A stretch of DNA of 64,000 nucleotides from Leucoraja ocellata (Eukaryota). Shown here piece after piece: positions 60,861-64,000 of the stretch; the stretch's first letter is position 1, and the number at the start of each line of letters is the position of its first letter. The DNA is taken from NCBI GenBank assembly GCA_036785375.1, contig JAWMAR010000820.1, positions 496,001-560,000 on the forward strand, given 5' to 3'. Position numbers and translations under genes: made by a program. Below the pieces are notes generated by a model. That model ran no database searches and was not told the origin of the DNA. It saw only the letters and a list, made by a program, of their open reading frames with translations.

Positions 60861-62941
60861 CTATTATAAGTCTCGTCTTGTTTGTCTGTTTGTCTATGTG
60901 TCTGACTGTGAGATCAATGGTACACAATAGCGCAAAAATGTTTGCAGAATCTTATTCGGGTTTTCCCCGTGTTCATTAATATCAAGTCTCTTCACATTTG
61001 ATGTTATATTGTATGTTATTGATATTTAAAGTTTAATAAAGCCAACTTTGAAGAAAATAATTGCCTGCGAGTGGGAGACTTTTCTCGCAACTTCACAGTG
61101 ATGATGTCACAATGGTATCTCACAGTCATCCAATCACAATGGGATCTCATTTACACAAGCTGCCGTGAAGATTCCAGAAACCGAAAATGACATCACAATG
61201 TGACCTCTGCTGCCAATACAGAAGCTACGAGAGTTGACGGGGTGGGAGGAGAAGAAATGTTATTTAAACATTGTCTATAGTGGGGGAGTGCGAAAGGGGT
61301 GAGGTGAGGGCGGGAGTGACTGAGGGTAGGGAAATGAGGGAGGGAGAGGTGACAGAGACAATGGGTTCAGCAGCTTCAAGGGAACTAAGGAGAGAGTGAG
61401 ATTTTTGCCCCCACCTCTCCCCACGTGGAAAGGATTGATTGGCTCTAGGGAGTGCCGACACCAACTCAAAAATCGAGTCCATTCATTGACTCTGGGAAGC
61501 GCCGACTGTCACCCCCCCCCCACCCCCACCCCGCACGTGGGAATGATTGATTGCATTGGGGAACGGGTTGCTTTGAGGGAACGGGTGAGTGGTGGAAACA
61601 GGATGTGTTAGGGAAACGGGTGAGTGGTGGAATATTGAGTTGGAGAAACGTGGCCCAATGGGTCAGGGTGGTAGGGAGGGGAGAAGGGTTATGGAGGGTG
61701 GGAGGGAGTGACTATGGGTAGGGTGTGGCTGAGGGTAGGGGAAATTAGTAGGAGGGATAGGTGAAGGAGGGAGTGGAGGAGGTGAGGGGAGGGAAGAGGG
61801 AGGGTGAAGAAGAGGAGTGTTGGGTGATGAGGGGAAATGAGCCGTGCCTGCACAGTTGGGGCTTATGAGTGAGTGGTGGAATATTGCGTTGGGCGAACGG
61901 GTTACATTAGGGGAATGGATGATGGCGTTGAATATTTGCACCACCTCACTAACCATTGTCCAGTGGTGGTCTGTGTCAAGTTTCGTTCAGATTAATGTTA
62001 TATTTTACAAGTTATTCATAATTCTTTCCTTTAGAAATTCAAGTATAAGAAAAATTTAGCAGCTAAAATCCTTGCTCGCCCAGCTTGCAACAAAGTTTCA
62101 ATCAACTAACACAGTCCTTCCAGCAAGAACAGGAGGCGGTGGGGGCAATTGCATTCTTTTTTAAAGCTCGAAGCAAGAGGAGGGGGATGCGGTGCTGGGG
62201 TATACGCCCCTGCACAGTTGGGGGCTATAGGTGAGTGCTGGAATATGGGGGAACGGGTGATTGGTGGAATATTGCGTTGGGGGAACAGGTTGCATTGGGT
62301 AACCAGGCCTCCCATGTGACAGGGACCCAATGGGTCCCAATTGGTCTTCTATATTACTAAAACTCTCATCTTGTTTGTTTCTATGCGTGTGTGCATGTCT
62401 GTAATTGTGATCCCAGAACTACGGCAAAATGGTACACGATAGCGCTAAAAGATTTGCACTACCTTACTCACCATTGTCCTGTCATTTGTGTCAAGTTTCT
62501 TTCAGATTGATGTTATATTTCACAAGTTCTTGACATTTAAAAATTTACAAATTCAAGTTTAAGAAAAATTTAACAGCTATTGTGATCCAAATCCTTGCTG
62601 GCCAGTTTGCAACAGTTGTAATCGAGGAACACTCAGTCCTCCCAGCAAGCTTTTTGCTGAACAGGAGGAGGAGGGGGCAATTGCATTATTTTTTAAAGTC
62701 ATCGAAGTACGAGGAGGGGGAGGCAGTGCTGGGGGAAATGCTCCTGCACAATTGCGGGCTATGGTTGAGTGTTGGAATATGGGGGAATGGGTGAGTGGTG
62801 GAATATTGCGTTGGGGAATGGGTTGATTTGGGGGACCAGGCCTCCCGTGGGGGCTATGTGTGATTGGTTGAATATTGCGTTGGGGGAATGGGTTGCTTTG
62901 GGGGACCAGGCCTCCCGTGTGCAGGGACCCACTTGGTCTAG
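60857..62941 (+). mobile_element. Tandem array of two to three non-autonomous Helitron units
   Basis: 5' end tctactattataagtctcgtcttg. Hairpin GGGACCC-AAT-GGGTCCC at 62322-62338, then TTGGTCT joined to a new 5' end TCTATATTACTAAAACTCTCATC at 62348. Final ACTTGGTCTAG|T at 62941. Segment 61935-62347 parallels 62452-62941. Confidence 0.82.
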
Positions 62942-64000
62942 TTAACAATAAAATGGTAGCTTTGGGCATGAACATTTTTCTTTGGGCTGTGTTCAACTGT
63001 ATTTCTTTTTATAAATGTCACCTCTTTGTATGGTATTTCATGAGTTTTGACCCTAATCCATCATATATTTTCTATTGCACCTGCATCTTTGCAGGCTAAT
63101 ACCTGCCGCCCCCATTAGTTTATGAGAGTTGATGGACTCGCGGAGACTTCAGAACTAGCTCTGGGACAAAGTCCAATCCTCTAAAGCTGTATTCTCACAA
63201 CCGTTGTTGCCAGTGAGTTTGTATCTCATTGGAGTAAATAGCCTGAAAGATCTTGAGTTTAAGTAACTGCAAATGTTTCCAAGTGTGTCCCTCCTATTCA
63301 GGCACCCACAGTTAAGGATGTAAAGGGTGAATGCTGTCAGAGTTATTGGCTCTTTATCAAATCATGGTTTAAGGTAGGATTTTATCATTTGTAATCCCAA
63401 ATCAAACCCACGATAAAGCAAAGATTGATAAAAGCGCAGACACCCAAAGACAAGAGAAATATAATTCATCGTGAGAATATCACACATTTGTAGGCTGATC
63501 TTGTGACATGGTTTACATAACACATTTGTTATTTCCATTAACCTAAAATGACTGTTTTTTCTTAGTTATCAACTTACCCATTGCCAGAGTTGAGCAGGTT
63601 TCCTCATTTTCTCGTTAACAAACTCTATTTGCAATGCCTTGCAATTTATTGCAGAGCTATGAAAACCACATCAGATCAGCTCTCAAATTAAACAGAAGAT
63701 CATGGGAAGAAAAAGATTAACTTGAGAGATTCAAACACTGACCAAATCTGCTTTTATACTTCAAATAAAAGTGTTAGAGATTTACAAATTGCATGCTTCA
63801 CAATAGGCGTTTATGACAAAAGGTCACAATTCTCCAAGTCACTTTTTATTTTAAGTTATTTTAAAATTTAACTATGAAACATTTCTTTTAGAGCACAAGC
63901 ATCTGGAAGCATCACAGTCTCCAGCATTCTCCATCTTAATTTGGGAAATACCCTGTTGACTGACTAGGCTTACAAATGAAGAATGCCTTCTTAGGCAAAG

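Noticed and set aside
1-64000. CRISPR array, prokaryotic operon or second host gene
   Set aside because: The sequence is vertebrate with spliceosomal introns. No regularly spaced repeats were seen. The remaining short ORFs are random or transposon-derived.

Overview
Eukaryotic, AT-rich, repeat-dense vertebrate DNA. The SINE/LINE content (HE1-like SINEs, CR1/HER1-like and Rex1 LINEs) points to an elasmobranch, probably a skate or ray (inference). The window holds one complete plus-strand protein-coding gene, a Kruppel-like factor 5 (KLF5 or its KLF5-like paralogue). Four exons are clear: 7292-7459, 23602-24472, 28117-28176 and 53756-53934, giving 425 aa. A probable extra in-frame 96-nt exon at 19587-19682 encodes an LxxLL motif. 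The gene has a CpG-rich promoter and a long 3'UTR with miR-145 and Pumilio sites. Introns and flanks carry non-autonomous Helitrons (including a head-to-tail array), a 1.2-kb fold-back Tc1/mariner MITE, an internally deleted Gypsy LTR element, and CR1, Rex1 and RTE fragments. The most notable non-genic signal is a dispersed family of about 100-200 bp retroelements with a minimal type I hammerhead-ribozyme core (CTGAAGA-A-GGGT-N4-ACCC-GAAA-CG-TC); some copies have target-site duplications or inverted 5' ends. All calls were made by eye; no database searches were run, and repeat boundaries without TSDs are approximate.
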